Source of the DNA: Syntrophomonadaceae bacterium
Lineage (GTDB): Bacteria > Bacteroidota > Ignavibacteria > Ignavibacteriales > SURF-24
Direction of reading: 5' to 3'
NCBI GenBank assembly: GCA_050259615.1
Contig: JBLNAZ010000082.1
Coordinates: 23,374 to 87,373 of the forward strand
Length of the DNA: 64,000 nucleotides
Shown: one piece after another, positions 28,741 through 36,879 of the stretch
Layout of the letters: each line of letters starts with the position of its first letter
Position numbering within the stretch: the stretch's first letter is position 1
The notes under the pieces: model-generated
The model's input: the letters and a program-made list of their open reading frames with translations, nothing else
Told to the model about the DNA's origin: nothing
Database searches by the model: none
Translations under genes and position numbers: made by a program

Positions 28741-31017
28741 TCAAGCCGGTACGGAATGCTTTTCTTCTTCATATAGCAAAAGCAGCACCCTCTCGTTTGT
28801 AAGCGGGGCTTTTAGCTCAAACCTTTTTTCAGGTCTGAACTCCTTCATGGCATTAAGAATTGCAAAGAAAACCCCTATCCCATACATGAATGGAGGCTCG
28901 CCAACAGCCTTTGAGTTGAAGACGCCGCGCTCGTTAAATGAATTCTCCAGATTTTCCACCTTAAGCTCCCTGGGCGAAAAATATATATCAGGCACCTTAT
29001 AACTTGAAAGCGCGTCACTCTTAAGCTTGCCTGCTTTATCATAAACTACTTCTTCCAGTGTCAGCCATCCAAGACCCTGAAGAATGGCGCCTTCGGCCTG
29101 TCCGCGGTCAATTGTCGGATTTAATGAATTGCCGAAATCGTGCACGGCTTTAACAGAATCAATTTCATACGTTCCTTTAATACAGTTAAGTGTCACTTCG
29201 ATTATTGCGGTTCCATAGACGTGATAGTTGAACGGGCGTCCCTGATTCAGATCCCGGTCGAAATAAATTCCAGGCGTGGCATAATGAGCATGCGCGGAAA
29301 GGTCTGTTCTCCTCCTGAATGCCTTTAGTACAAGATCCTTCCAGCTAATACCGGCTAATTCTCCTTTCATGAGAACTTCTTCATTTTCAATTGTCACCTC
29401 TGAGACTTCTTTAGTATCCAGCTCCAGCGCAGCAATTTTTATTAAGCGCTCCAGCAGCTCCTGGCAGGCTATTTCCAGAGCCTTTCCGTTCATATCGGCA
29501 GCCGAGCTTGCTGCAGTTGGCGAGGTGTTTGCTACGCGCGTTGTATTTGCAGCCTCAGTTTTTACATTGCCTATATCAACTGAAAATATTTTTGCCGCAA
29601 TCTGCCTCAGCTTCATATTCACACCCTGGCCCATTTCAACAGCTGCAGTGCTTATTCCTATAGTGCCGTCTGAATAGATGTGTACAAGGGCGCCTGCCTG
29701 ATTCATAAAAGTATTTGTAAATGATATTCCAAAGCATATGGGCATCATTGCAAAGCCCTTTTTTAAGAACATATTCTCGCGGTTAAACTTTCTGATGCTC
29801 TCTTCCATATGGCTTAAATTAAAAGTATTTACTGCAGATTTCCAGCTTCTTAAAGCATTGCAGCTTTCGGCTTTCTGGCCATACGGGAATGTGTCTCCTT
29901 CCTTTAGGAGATTTTTTTCCTGAATCAGTCTTGCTTCAACTCCCATTTTTTCTGCAGCCCTGTAAATTGCGCTTTCAATTACAAACATCCCCTGCGGTGC
30001 CCCGAAGCCGCGGAATGCAGTATTTGGAGGGAGGTTTGTCCTTAAGCTGTAAGCGGTTGCCTTTACGTTTGGAATATAGTAGCTGTTCGTAGAGTGAAAA
30101 AGCGTTCTGTCGAGTATGGCAGGCGACAGGTCAGCTGAAGCCCCGGCGTTCTGGTAAAATGTCACCTCATAGGCAAGTATTTTCCCGTCCAGGTCAAGAC
30201 CCATCCTGAAGTCCGATGAATAAGGATGCCTTTTGCCCGTAACTTTTATATCCTCATGCCTCGGTAAAACAAGTTTTATGGGACGTTTTAATTTTAATGC
30301 GGCCAGCGCTGCCATTGCGGCAAATGCGTTAGCCTGATCCTCCTTGCCTCCAAAGCCGCCGCCCAGGCGTGGAACTTCAACTTCAATTTTGTTCATCGGG
30401 AGACCCGTAACCTTTGACACGGCCCTCTGGACTGCTGTTGGAGCCTGCGTTGCTGAGATGATCTTTATGCCCCCTGAGTCTGACGGATAAGCAATTGAGC
30501 CCTGTGTTTCAAGGTAAAGGTGTTCCTGAGCGCCTGTTTCAGCTGTGCCTTCTACAATTACAGGGCACCTGTCCCAAACAAGGGAAGTATCTCCCATGGT
30601 AAACACCCTTGGAGGTAGGATAAAGTCCCCGTTTTTGAAAGCTTCACGCGGATCTGTAACTACAGGCAGCTCCTCAAATTCAATTTTTATTTTCCCCGCG
30701 GCTTTTCTTGCTGCATCCTGGCTTTCAGCAACAGCAACTGCAATTGACTGCCCTGCGTAGTGCACAAAATCCTCTGCAAGCAAAGGCTCATCATCAATAA
30801 TGCCACCAATCTGGTTTTCCCCCGGAATATGCACTGAGGTAAAAACTGCTTTAACTCCCGGTACAGAATACGCATCTGCCAAATTAATGCTCAGTATTCT
30901 GGCGTGAGCCTGTGAAGAGTAAAATATGGAAGCATAGAGCGCGTCACCAGGAAGACTTATGTCGTCAATAAACTTCGACTCACCGCAGGCGTGAAAATTG
31001 TTGTCGCTGTTTTTCAT
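28741..31017 (-). CDS. xdhB: xanthine dehydrogenase molybdopterin-binding subunit (XdhB in R. capsulatus nomenclature)
   Basis: 758 aa. GGGFGGKE, FRGFGAPQG, and SKAVGEPPF containing the catalytic Glu of true XDH enzymes. Confidence 0.9.
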   Translation of the reverse strand: MKNSDNNFHACGESKFIDDISLPGDALYASIFYSSQAHARILSINLADAYSVPGVKAVFTSVHIPGENQIGGIIDDEPLLAEDFVHYAGQSIAVAVAESQDAARKAAGKIKIEFEELPVVTDPREAFKNGDFILPPRVFTMGDTSLVWDRCPVIVEGTAETGAQEHLYLETQGSIAYPSDSGGIKIISATQAPTAVQRAVSKVTGLPMNKIEVEVPRLGGGFGGKEDQANAFAAMAALAALKLKRPIKLVLPRHEDIKVTGKRHPYSSDFRMGLDLDGKILAYEVTFYQNAGASADLSPAILDRTLFHSTNSYYIPNVKATAYSLRTNLPPNTAFRGFGAPQGMFVIESAIYRAAEKMGVEARLIQEKNLLKEGDTFPYGQKAESCNALRSWKSAVNTFNLSHMEESIRKFNRENMFLKKGFAMMPICFGISFTNTFMNQAGALVHIYSDGTIGISTAAVEMGQGVNMKLRQIAAKIFSVDIGNVKTEAANTTRVANTSPTAASSAADMNGKALEIACQELLERLIKIAALELDTKEVSEVTIENEEVLMKGELAGISWKDLVLKAFRRRTDLSAHAHYATPGIYFDRDLNQGRPFNYHVYGTAIIEVTLNCIKGTYEIDSVKAVHDFGNSLNPTIDRGQAEGAILQGLGWLTLEEVVYDKAGKLKSDALSSYKVPDIYFSPRELKVENLENSFNERGVFNSKAVGEPPFMYGIGVFFAILNAMKEFRPEKRFELKAPLTNERVLLLLYEEEKHSVPA

Positions 31018-31078
31018 ATAACTTCAGACTATCTCCGGTTACTGAAAAAATATTGCCGCTTCTGCTGAAAAAAATCTA

Positions 31079-32494
31079 CTATTCACTAAAGAGCATTTCA
31101 GGACTTTCAACGAGTTCATGAGAAAATTTCAGAAAATGGGCAAATATGATCTGCCTGAGGAGAAGACTTTTATACTCTTTAGAGCCCCTTATGTCGCTGA
31201 TGGGGCTTATTTCATTCTGCGCAATTAAAGCAGCATTCCGTACGTTTTCAAAAGTAATTTCTCTGCCGGTTAAGAAGGAAACTGTTTCTTTCAGGTATAA
31301 AGGAACCGGTGCAACACCCCCGGCGGAAATGTGAATGGTTTTAATAAACCCGTCCTCCGCTTTCATTAAGAAAGACGAATTAACGCTGGCAATGTCCAGG
31401 TGTGTCCTTCGCGAGATTTTTTCATAGTTAAAAAAGGATCCCTTTTCAGGCAGGGGAAATTTTACTTTTACTATCAGCTCGTCTTCTTCTTTCTCAAGGT
31501 TCTTATATCCCAGGTAAAAATCTTTTAAGGCTGTTTCTCTTAACTGACTGCCCTGAATTGCAAGGGTGCTGTCAAGAGCTAGAAGAATATTTACCATGTC
31601 GGCAGCAGGGGAGGCGTTTACAATATTTCCGCCAAGCGTAGCCCGGTTTCTTATCTGCTGCGATCCGAAGAGCCTTGCGTAATTACTAATATCGGGGAAA
31701 TAGCTTTTCAGAATTTCTGAATCCATTATGCGGGAAATAGTCACTCCGGCATCCAGAATTATAAAGCCGTCTTCCAGGCATATTTCCTCTTCTTTACTTT
31801 CCTTCTGGAACTTAAGACTTATATCCGGAATTATATCACGCTTCTGCAGCATAACGTCTGTCCCTCCGGCAATATAAATTCCGGGGGTGTCCATTCTTTC
31901 AGGTTCGGGTATATCTTTAAGTAAATCGGGAATATCAATAAAATAATAGGGGAGATAGCCTCTTTCAACAAGCCATTCAAGCCGTCTGTTGTCCGGCTGA
32001 GGGTTTATTTCAAAATCGGTTAAGAAGTACTGAACTGCTCTTTTAATTGACTGATAGCCTGTGCAGCGGCATAAGTTGCCTGCCATAAAATCAACTGCAT
32101 TTTCCAGGCTGAGGAATTTACCGGAAAGGAGGAAGCCCGTCAAGGACATGACCATTCCGGGGGTGCAGAATCCGCACTGAATGGCTCCTTCACTTACCAG
32201 GGCCTCCTGGAAAGGTGTAAGAGCCTTCTGGTTGATACCTTCAATTGTAACAACGTGTTTGCCGTGAACAGATCCTATAGGCAAAAGGCACGAGTTCTGT
32301 GTACTATAGGTGGTTTTGCCCCCTTTATATTCGCCTATAAGCACCGTGCATGCCCCGCAGTCACCCTCGCGGCATCCTTCCTTTGTTCCGGTTAAATAAA
32401 GTTCACCCCTGATAAAATCAAGCAAAGTCATGGCGGGGCTTAAGAAAGTGCGTATCTCTTTCCCGTTGCAGATAAAGATAACCGGATTTTCCAA
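31079..32494 (-). CDS. xdhA: xanthine dehydrogenase small subunit, [2Fe-2S] + FAD domains (XdhA in R. capsulatus nomenclature)
   Basis: CREGDCGACTV, CGFCTPG, CRCTGY, then FAD domain AGGTDVMLQ and RNRATLGGNI. The only in-frame start after the upstream TAG is TTG 32494, with GAGG 8 nt upstream. Confidence 0.88.
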   Translation of the reverse strand: MENPVIFICNGKEIRTFLSPAMTLLDFIRGELYLTGTKEGCREGDCGACTVLIGEYKGGKTTYSTQNSCLLPIGSVHGKHVVTIEGINQKALTPFQEALVSEGAIQCGFCTPGMVMSLTGFLLSGKFLSLENAVDFMAGNLCRCTGYQSIKRAVQYFLTDFEINPQPDNRRLEWLVERGYLPYYFIDIPDLLKDIPEPERMDTPGIYIAGGTDVMLQKRDIIPDISLKFQKESKEEEICLEDGFIILDAGVTISRIMDSEILKSYFPDISNYARLFGSQQIRNRATLGGNIVNASPAADMVNILLALDSTLAIQGSQLRETALKDFYLGYKNLEKEEDELIVKVKFPLPEKGSFFNYEKISRRTHLDIASVNSSFLMKAEDGFIKTIHISAGGVAPVPLYLKETVSFLTGREITFENVRNAALIAQNEISPISDIRGSKEYKSLLLRQIIFAHFLKFSHELVESPEMLFSE

Positions 32495-32856
32495 TGAATG
32501 CCTCTATGATATAAACTTAACTGCAAAGTAATTGCCGGTACAAAGTCTCCTGGAACTATGTAACTTTTCAGAACAAATCACTTCTTATAAGCAAGATATC
32601 AGCCTCAAAGGCAGGCTCCTTTTTTAGTCTGCAGAAAAAAGCATCTCCGGACTAAAATTCATAGGTAACAGCACCGGTTTTATGGCCGGGCACCCAAAAA
32701 GATAGTATAAAAATAGTTAAAATGCCACATGGAACTTCTTATCCATGGCCAAAATTTTTCCCTTTCCGGCAGAAATGGAAAATCTTACCATTTTTTTTAC
32801 TATTTTAACGCCCTGAGTAGAGTATTTTTAGTATTTATAGGGATGGTCCTCTTCAG

Positions 32857-33714
32857 ATGGAATTAAATATAAGAGTCTTAGGCAGTTCAAGTGCGGGAAA
32901 TTGTACTTTAGTATGGGATAATGAGAGCGCTCTCATGATCGACTGCGGTTTTAATCCGAAGTATATACTGGCAAACCTGGAACTGCTTGATATGGATCTT
33001 TCTTTTATCTCAGGTGTAGTTATTACACATACTCACGGTGACCATGTTAACCGTACAATGATGAAGGAGTTCAATAAGGCGGGCATTCCTGTATTTTGCC
33101 ATTACAATATCAGGCGTGACCTGACTCAGAAGTTCGTTTCAATGGGACACGGCCACAAACCGGGGCTCCTTAAGGTATTTACAGATGAAGAGATACAGAT
33201 TGGAAATTTCAGGATCACAAGCTTTGAAGTCCCGCATGATTCTACGGGCGGCTGCTTCGGATATAATATTCTAAAGGAAACCGCCTCTGAGATGAAAAAA
33301 ATTACCGTGGCTACGGATATAGGTTTTTTTCATGATGAGATTATCAGCAGGTTTCTTGATTCCGATATAATCATCGTTGAATCCAATCACGATCCTGATA
33401 TGCTGGATAATTCAGGCCGTCCGGAGTACCTGAAGCAAAGAATCAGGGAGATCGGCCACCTGTCAAACTTTCAGTGCGCCGAACTCCTCGACAAAGTAAT
33501 AAAAGGCTCCACGAAGCTTCCTGAGGCTGTAATACTTGCCCACATAAGTCAGCAGTGCAACCTGCCCCATCTGGCCCTTGACTCAGCGCAGGAGGTCCTT
33601 AACAGCAACGGACTTATATCCACAAGACTCTACCTTACGCATAGGAACAGGGCAAATGAAATCCTCAGAACTAAAGCCGACAGCAAACCTTTTCAGCAGC
33701 TTAATCTCTTTTAG
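32857..33714 (+). CDS. cytoplasmic MBL-fold metallo-hydrolase
   Basis: VLGSSSAGNC, ITHTHGDHVN (HxHxDH), downstream His/Asp ligands (FEVPHD, VESNHD, LAHIS). No signal peptide. Confidence 0.85.
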   Translation: MELNIRVLGSSSAGNCTLVWDNESALMIDCGFNPKYILANLELLDMDLSFISGVVITHTHGDHVNRTMMKEFNKAGIPVFCHYNIRRDLTQKFVSMGHGHKPGLLKVFTDEEIQIGNFRITSFEVPHDSTGGCFGYNILKETASEMKKITVATDIGFFHDEIISRFLDSDIIIVESNHDPDMLDNSGRPEYLKQRIREIGHLSNFQCAELLDKVIKGSTKLPEAVILAHISQQCNLPHLALDSAQEVLNSNGLISTRLYLTHRNRANEILRTKADSKPFQQLNLF

Positions 33715-34539
33715 TTATTTCGAAACTATATCTATCGTGTGCCTGATTATTTCAATGCCGCCCATGGAGCCGTGACCAGGTATAACAAGTTTTGCCTCAG
33801 GGTACTTTTCAAGAAGCTTTTCAACCGATCCCTTCCAGGCATGTACATCCGCATCCCCCAGGTTTCCCTTTGAAGAGCTTTCCATGGCTTTCAGTATGCA
33901 TCCGCCGAAAAGTATCTTCTTTTCCGGGTAATAAACAACCACGTTATCGGGAGTATGACCTGCTCCCGGATACCAGACTTCCACAGTATCCTTTCCAAAA
34001 GTAAGTTTAAGCCCTTTTTCAACGGGGAAAACCTTTCTGGGTGCTGTGAGCTCTTTGTTTTTATAATATGTATAATATCTGTCATTTGGTAAATTCTTCA
34101 TGGATTCAAGCATGCCCTTACCAAGACCCCGTTCCTTGAGGAGTTTTACCGTAAGATCACTTCCGTAAACTCCAGCATGGATCTTTCTTAAATAGCCGTT
34201 TCCGCCCAGGTTATCCACATGGAAGTGCGTGTTTATGGCACTTATTTTAATTTTCCCGCGGGTATTCTTCTTAAGAAACTCTACAAGCCTTTCCGTTGCC
34301 TCATCGGTATATGGAGTATCAATAAGAAGGAAATTATTTTTCTTAAACTTTAACACCAGCGAATTGGCAGGCCAGGGGAATGTATGCGTTACAAGAAAAG
34401 CTTCAGCATCAATTTCCTTAATTACCATTTCACCGTCGGAATAAAGTACCTTGTAATTATCTGCCTGAGCAAAAATAGAATGAGCCGAAAATATAATGCC
34501 CATGAAAAGAAAAGGGAGTATAAGGAGTTTAGTTTTCAT
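33715..34539 (-). CDS. secreted subclass B1-type metallo-beta-lactamase
   Basis: Signal peptide, then INTHFHVDNLGG (HxHxD), GHTPDNVVVYYPEKKILFGGCILK (His...Cys-x-x-Lys) and PGHGS (His). This is the complete B1 zinc-ligand pattern. Confidence 0.82.
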   Translation of the reverse strand: MKTKLLILPFLFMGIIFSAHSIFAQADNYKVLYSDGEMVIKEIDAEAFLVTHTFPWPANSLVLKFKKNNFLLIDTPYTDEATERLVEFLKKNTRGKIKISAINTHFHVDNLGGNGYLRKIHAGVYGSDLTVKLLKERGLGKGMLESMKNLPNDRYYTYYKNKELTAPRKVFPVEKGLKLTFGKDTVEVWYPGAGHTPDNVVVYYPEKKILFGGCILKAMESSSKGNLGDADVHAWKGSVEKLLEKYPEAKLVIPGHGSMGGIEIIRHTIDIVSK

Positions 34540-34680
34540 TTTGTCCAGAATGATTTTTTAGCAAAATATTAATTAAAGAACGGGTTCAGAAAATTAATAA
34601 TATTGCAAAATATTTCAAATCAAAACCGGAGGATATAAATAATTTTTGTATGAAAATACCTAATGGCAATTGTGCGTTTT

Positions 34681-34711
34681 AAAACAAAAAAGGCCGCCTG
34701 AAAAGGCGGCC
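34681..34711 (-). terminator. rho-independent terminator ending the cytochrome operon
   Basis: AGGCCGCC (34690..34697) pairs with GGCGGCCT (34704..34711). On the minus strand it is followed by TTTTTTGTTT. Confidence 0.85.
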
Positions 34712-34732
34712 TTTATATACTTCAAATGGATT

Positions 34733-35638
34733 TTACAATCCTCTGACGTTCACAGTACCGTTTATGTGTTTGTTTTTGTCAAGAATATTACCCTGCTCGT
34801 CAACAACTCCATTGTGGCATCCGGCACAGCTCTGAATTCCAAAGGTTCCGTGTCCTAAGTGCCCCTTTGGAGGCAGGTCATGGCACGATCCGCATTTCTG
34901 AGCCTGATTTGCAGCCTTTGAGATTATAAGGTCTGTCCAGGTGGCTGTAAAGTTGTTACCCGTGATCTGCATTGGTTTGCCTGTGGCAGGATCAGTTACA
35001 AAGATGTACTTGTCCTGTGCCGCTGCTGAATCTGCCGAGAAGGCGAAGTTGCCATGGCAGTATGTATTTGCGCAGGTCGGATTATCAGACGGACTGTATG
35101 TTGCATTTGGTGATTTGTTTCCTGTGAATGTACCGAATCTTACCTCAGCAGGCTTGCCGTCTATGTGTCCTGCCTGCCAGACAGAAGTTGGAACCAAATG
35201 GCATTCGGAGCATTCAACAGTCTTTCCGATCTGGTTTGTATAAAGGTGGCTCCAGTGAGCTCCCACACCGCGCATAGTTGTTTTTGAACTGTCGTTTGTA
35301 TCTTCCGGCGGAGCGATGTAGTTAGGATTTGTGAAATCGCCGTGGCATGTGTTGCATGCCTCAGGTCCCGCAGCCTGTGTATGGCACGTTTTACAGCTGA
35401 CGCCTGTGCCGCCGGCATTGTAGCCCGTATGGCAGCCCTGGCACTGCTTGATGTCCCAATTGCTTTTCTTGAGATGGTTTCCGTGGAAGTTTGGATGTCC
35501 AAACTGTGCGAAACCCTCTCCGTGGACAACTGAAGCTGAGGTTGCCTGAACCGGAAGATCTTTCTTAATTTCGCTGCAGCCGGCTGCAAAAAGCCCGGCT
35601 ATTAAGATGAATGAAAGATATGTGATTATGTATTTCAT
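34733..35638 (-). CDS. lipoprotein multihaem c-type cytochrome (6 CxxCH + 1 CxxxxCH)
   Basis: Lipobox LFAAGC. Haem motifs CQGCH, CKTCH, CNTCH, CSECH, CGSCH, CAGCH, plus CANTYCH followed by CGSCH, as in the Geobacter CxxxxCH...CxxCH domain family. Confidence 0.88.
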   Translation of the reverse strand: MKYIITYLSFILIAGLFAAGCSEIKKDLPVQATSASVVHGEGFAQFGHPNFHGNHLKKSNWDIKQCQGCHTGYNAGGTGVSCKTCHTQAAGPEACNTCHGDFTNPNYIAPPEDTNDSSKTTMRGVGAHWSHLYTNQIGKTVECSECHLVPTSVWQAGHIDGKPAEVRFGTFTGNKSPNATYSPSDNPTCANTYCHGNFAFSADSAAAQDKYIFVTDPATGKPMQITGNNFTATWTDLIISKAANQAQKCGSCHDLPPKGHLGHGTFGIQSCAGCHNGVVDEQGNILDKNKHINGTVNVRGL

Positions 35639-35657
35639 TTTTTTCTCTTCAATTTGT

Positions 35658-36878
35658 CTATTTAGTATTATGGCAGTAGCCGCAGAATCCTACTCCGGCA
35701 GGGGAGTTAGGTGAGGCACTGGTATGGCAATTATAGCAAAGCGAGGCCTGTGTGTCATGCCAGTCGCCGTGTGTATCGTGCATATAGTTAGAAGCATGTG
35801 TCTTCGGATTGGTACCCTTAATACCATCTGGATCAGTATGGCACCTTAAGCATGCTGGATCTCCGCCCTGTACGTCGTGGCATGAAGCGCAGCTTTCAAT
35901 GTCGCGCTTGGCATCAACGGCATGCAGGCCGCCGCCTGAACCGACTGCAGCAGTTATAAAGTTAGGCTGTCTGTGTGAAGAAGGCATAACTCCCGGTATT
36001 GAAAAGTCACGCTGCCCGGCATTCTGATGGCATTCAGCGCAGAAGGTTTCAATCTGATGGCAGGTCTGGCATTCCATTGTGCCGCCTTTAAGATCAATTC
36101 CGTGATTATACACATAATTCAGGTCGTGAACACGTGTAATCTGCTGCTTCTGAGCCTTGCTGTCAAAAGAGTTGACCGGAGTATAAGGAGCATAGGCATT
36201 TGCTGGAGTGTTCTTTTCTGTCAGCATGTTGTTTCCTACGTGGCACTCCTGGCAGGAAGTGTTATCGTGGCACATGGCGCAGTTTGCATCTGCCTGCAGT
36301 GCATCAAACTTATGCGTCTTTTTGAAGTTTCCTGTCTGGTGGCTTACAGGTCTTAGATCAGCCGTCGACTGGTGGCAGACGTCGCATTCGTTTGTAGCAA
36401 TGTCTTTGTTATTGTTGTGGCATGTGTTGCAAAGACTCATCGGGGGATAGGGTTCAGGTGTAGCCTGAAATCCGTATTCAACCTGGTCGATGCCTTTGTG
36501 GCAGCCCAGGCACTCGAGCTTCTGCTCTGAAATATGGAACTTGTGATTAAAATTGAGCCCTGATTTTCTGTACTGCAGAGGCTCAAAGTTCTCATCGAAA
36601 TGGCACATCTTGCAGTTGTTAGTATCTTCCACGTCGTGACAGGCGCCGCAATTCTCGTGATTGGGATATAAATCCTTTCCGATTTCTGTGCTTTCGGCAG
36701 CTTTGGAATGGCATCCCTGACAGTCTGTCACTTCAGCATGAAGTTTGTGAGAAAATTTTATAATCTTCTCATTGCCGGTTCCTTTCGGAGCAGCCTCCTG
36801 CCCGGATGTGAAGGCATTAAATGCCAGAAATCCGGTAACGGCTAATGTCAGTATTAAATAAATGTATTTTGGTTTCAT
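35658..36878 (-). CDS. 14-haem c-type cytochrome (c7/c3-like repeats), Sec signal
   Basis: I counted 14 CxxCH by hand (CQGCH, CGACH, CKMCH, CLGCH, CNTCH, CDVCH, CAMCH, CQECH, CQTCH, CAECH, CASCH, CLRCH, CYNCH, CGYCH). F[SN]HK.H motifs typical of c7/c3-type domains. Its start lies 1 nt after the upstream stop. Confidence 0.9.
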   Translation of the reverse strand: MKPKYIYLILTLAVTGFLAFNAFTSGQEAAPKGTGNEKIIKFSHKLHAEVTDCQGCHSKAAESTEIGKDLYPNHENCGACHDVEDTNNCKMCHFDENFEPLQYRKSGLNFNHKFHISEQKLECLGCHKGIDQVEYGFQATPEPYPPMSLCNTCHNNNKDIATNECDVCHQSTADLRPVSHQTGNFKKTHKFDALQADANCAMCHDNTSCQECHVGNNMLTEKNTPANAYAPYTPVNSFDSKAQKQQITRVHDLNYVYNHGIDLKGGTMECQTCHQIETFCAECHQNAGQRDFSIPGVMPSSHRQPNFITAAVGSGGGLHAVDAKRDIESCASCHDVQGGDPACLRCHTDPDGIKGTNPKTHASNYMHDTHGDWHDTQASLCYNCHTSASPNSPAGVGFCGYCHNTK

Positions 36879-36879
36879 A

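Noticed and set aside
9999-32494. Selenocysteine (in-frame TGA) recoding within the selenium-associated purine cluster
   Set aside because: All cluster ORFs appear full length relative to the families I recall, and none is split into two same-frame ORFs at a TGA. The selenium link for these families is a labile cofactor, not Sec.
32495-32856. Specific assignment of the xdh leader as a guanine/adenine, Moco or NMT1 (xanthine) riboswitch
   Set aside because: By eye I could not find the hallmark loop sequences of the purine riboswitch (UAUAAU...GGAUAUGG...CCGUAAAU-like) or the conserved Moco-motif core. I keep it only as an unclassified candidate pending cmscan.
35161-36450. ORFs of 63-142 aa inside the cytochrome genes, in the antisense strand or an alternative frame (35161..35589, 35342..35533, 35809..36027, 36027..36356, 36208..36450)
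   Set aside because: They lie entirely inside long ORFs with dense, regularly spaced CxxCH motifs, and they lack start contexts. These are typical shadow ORFs.
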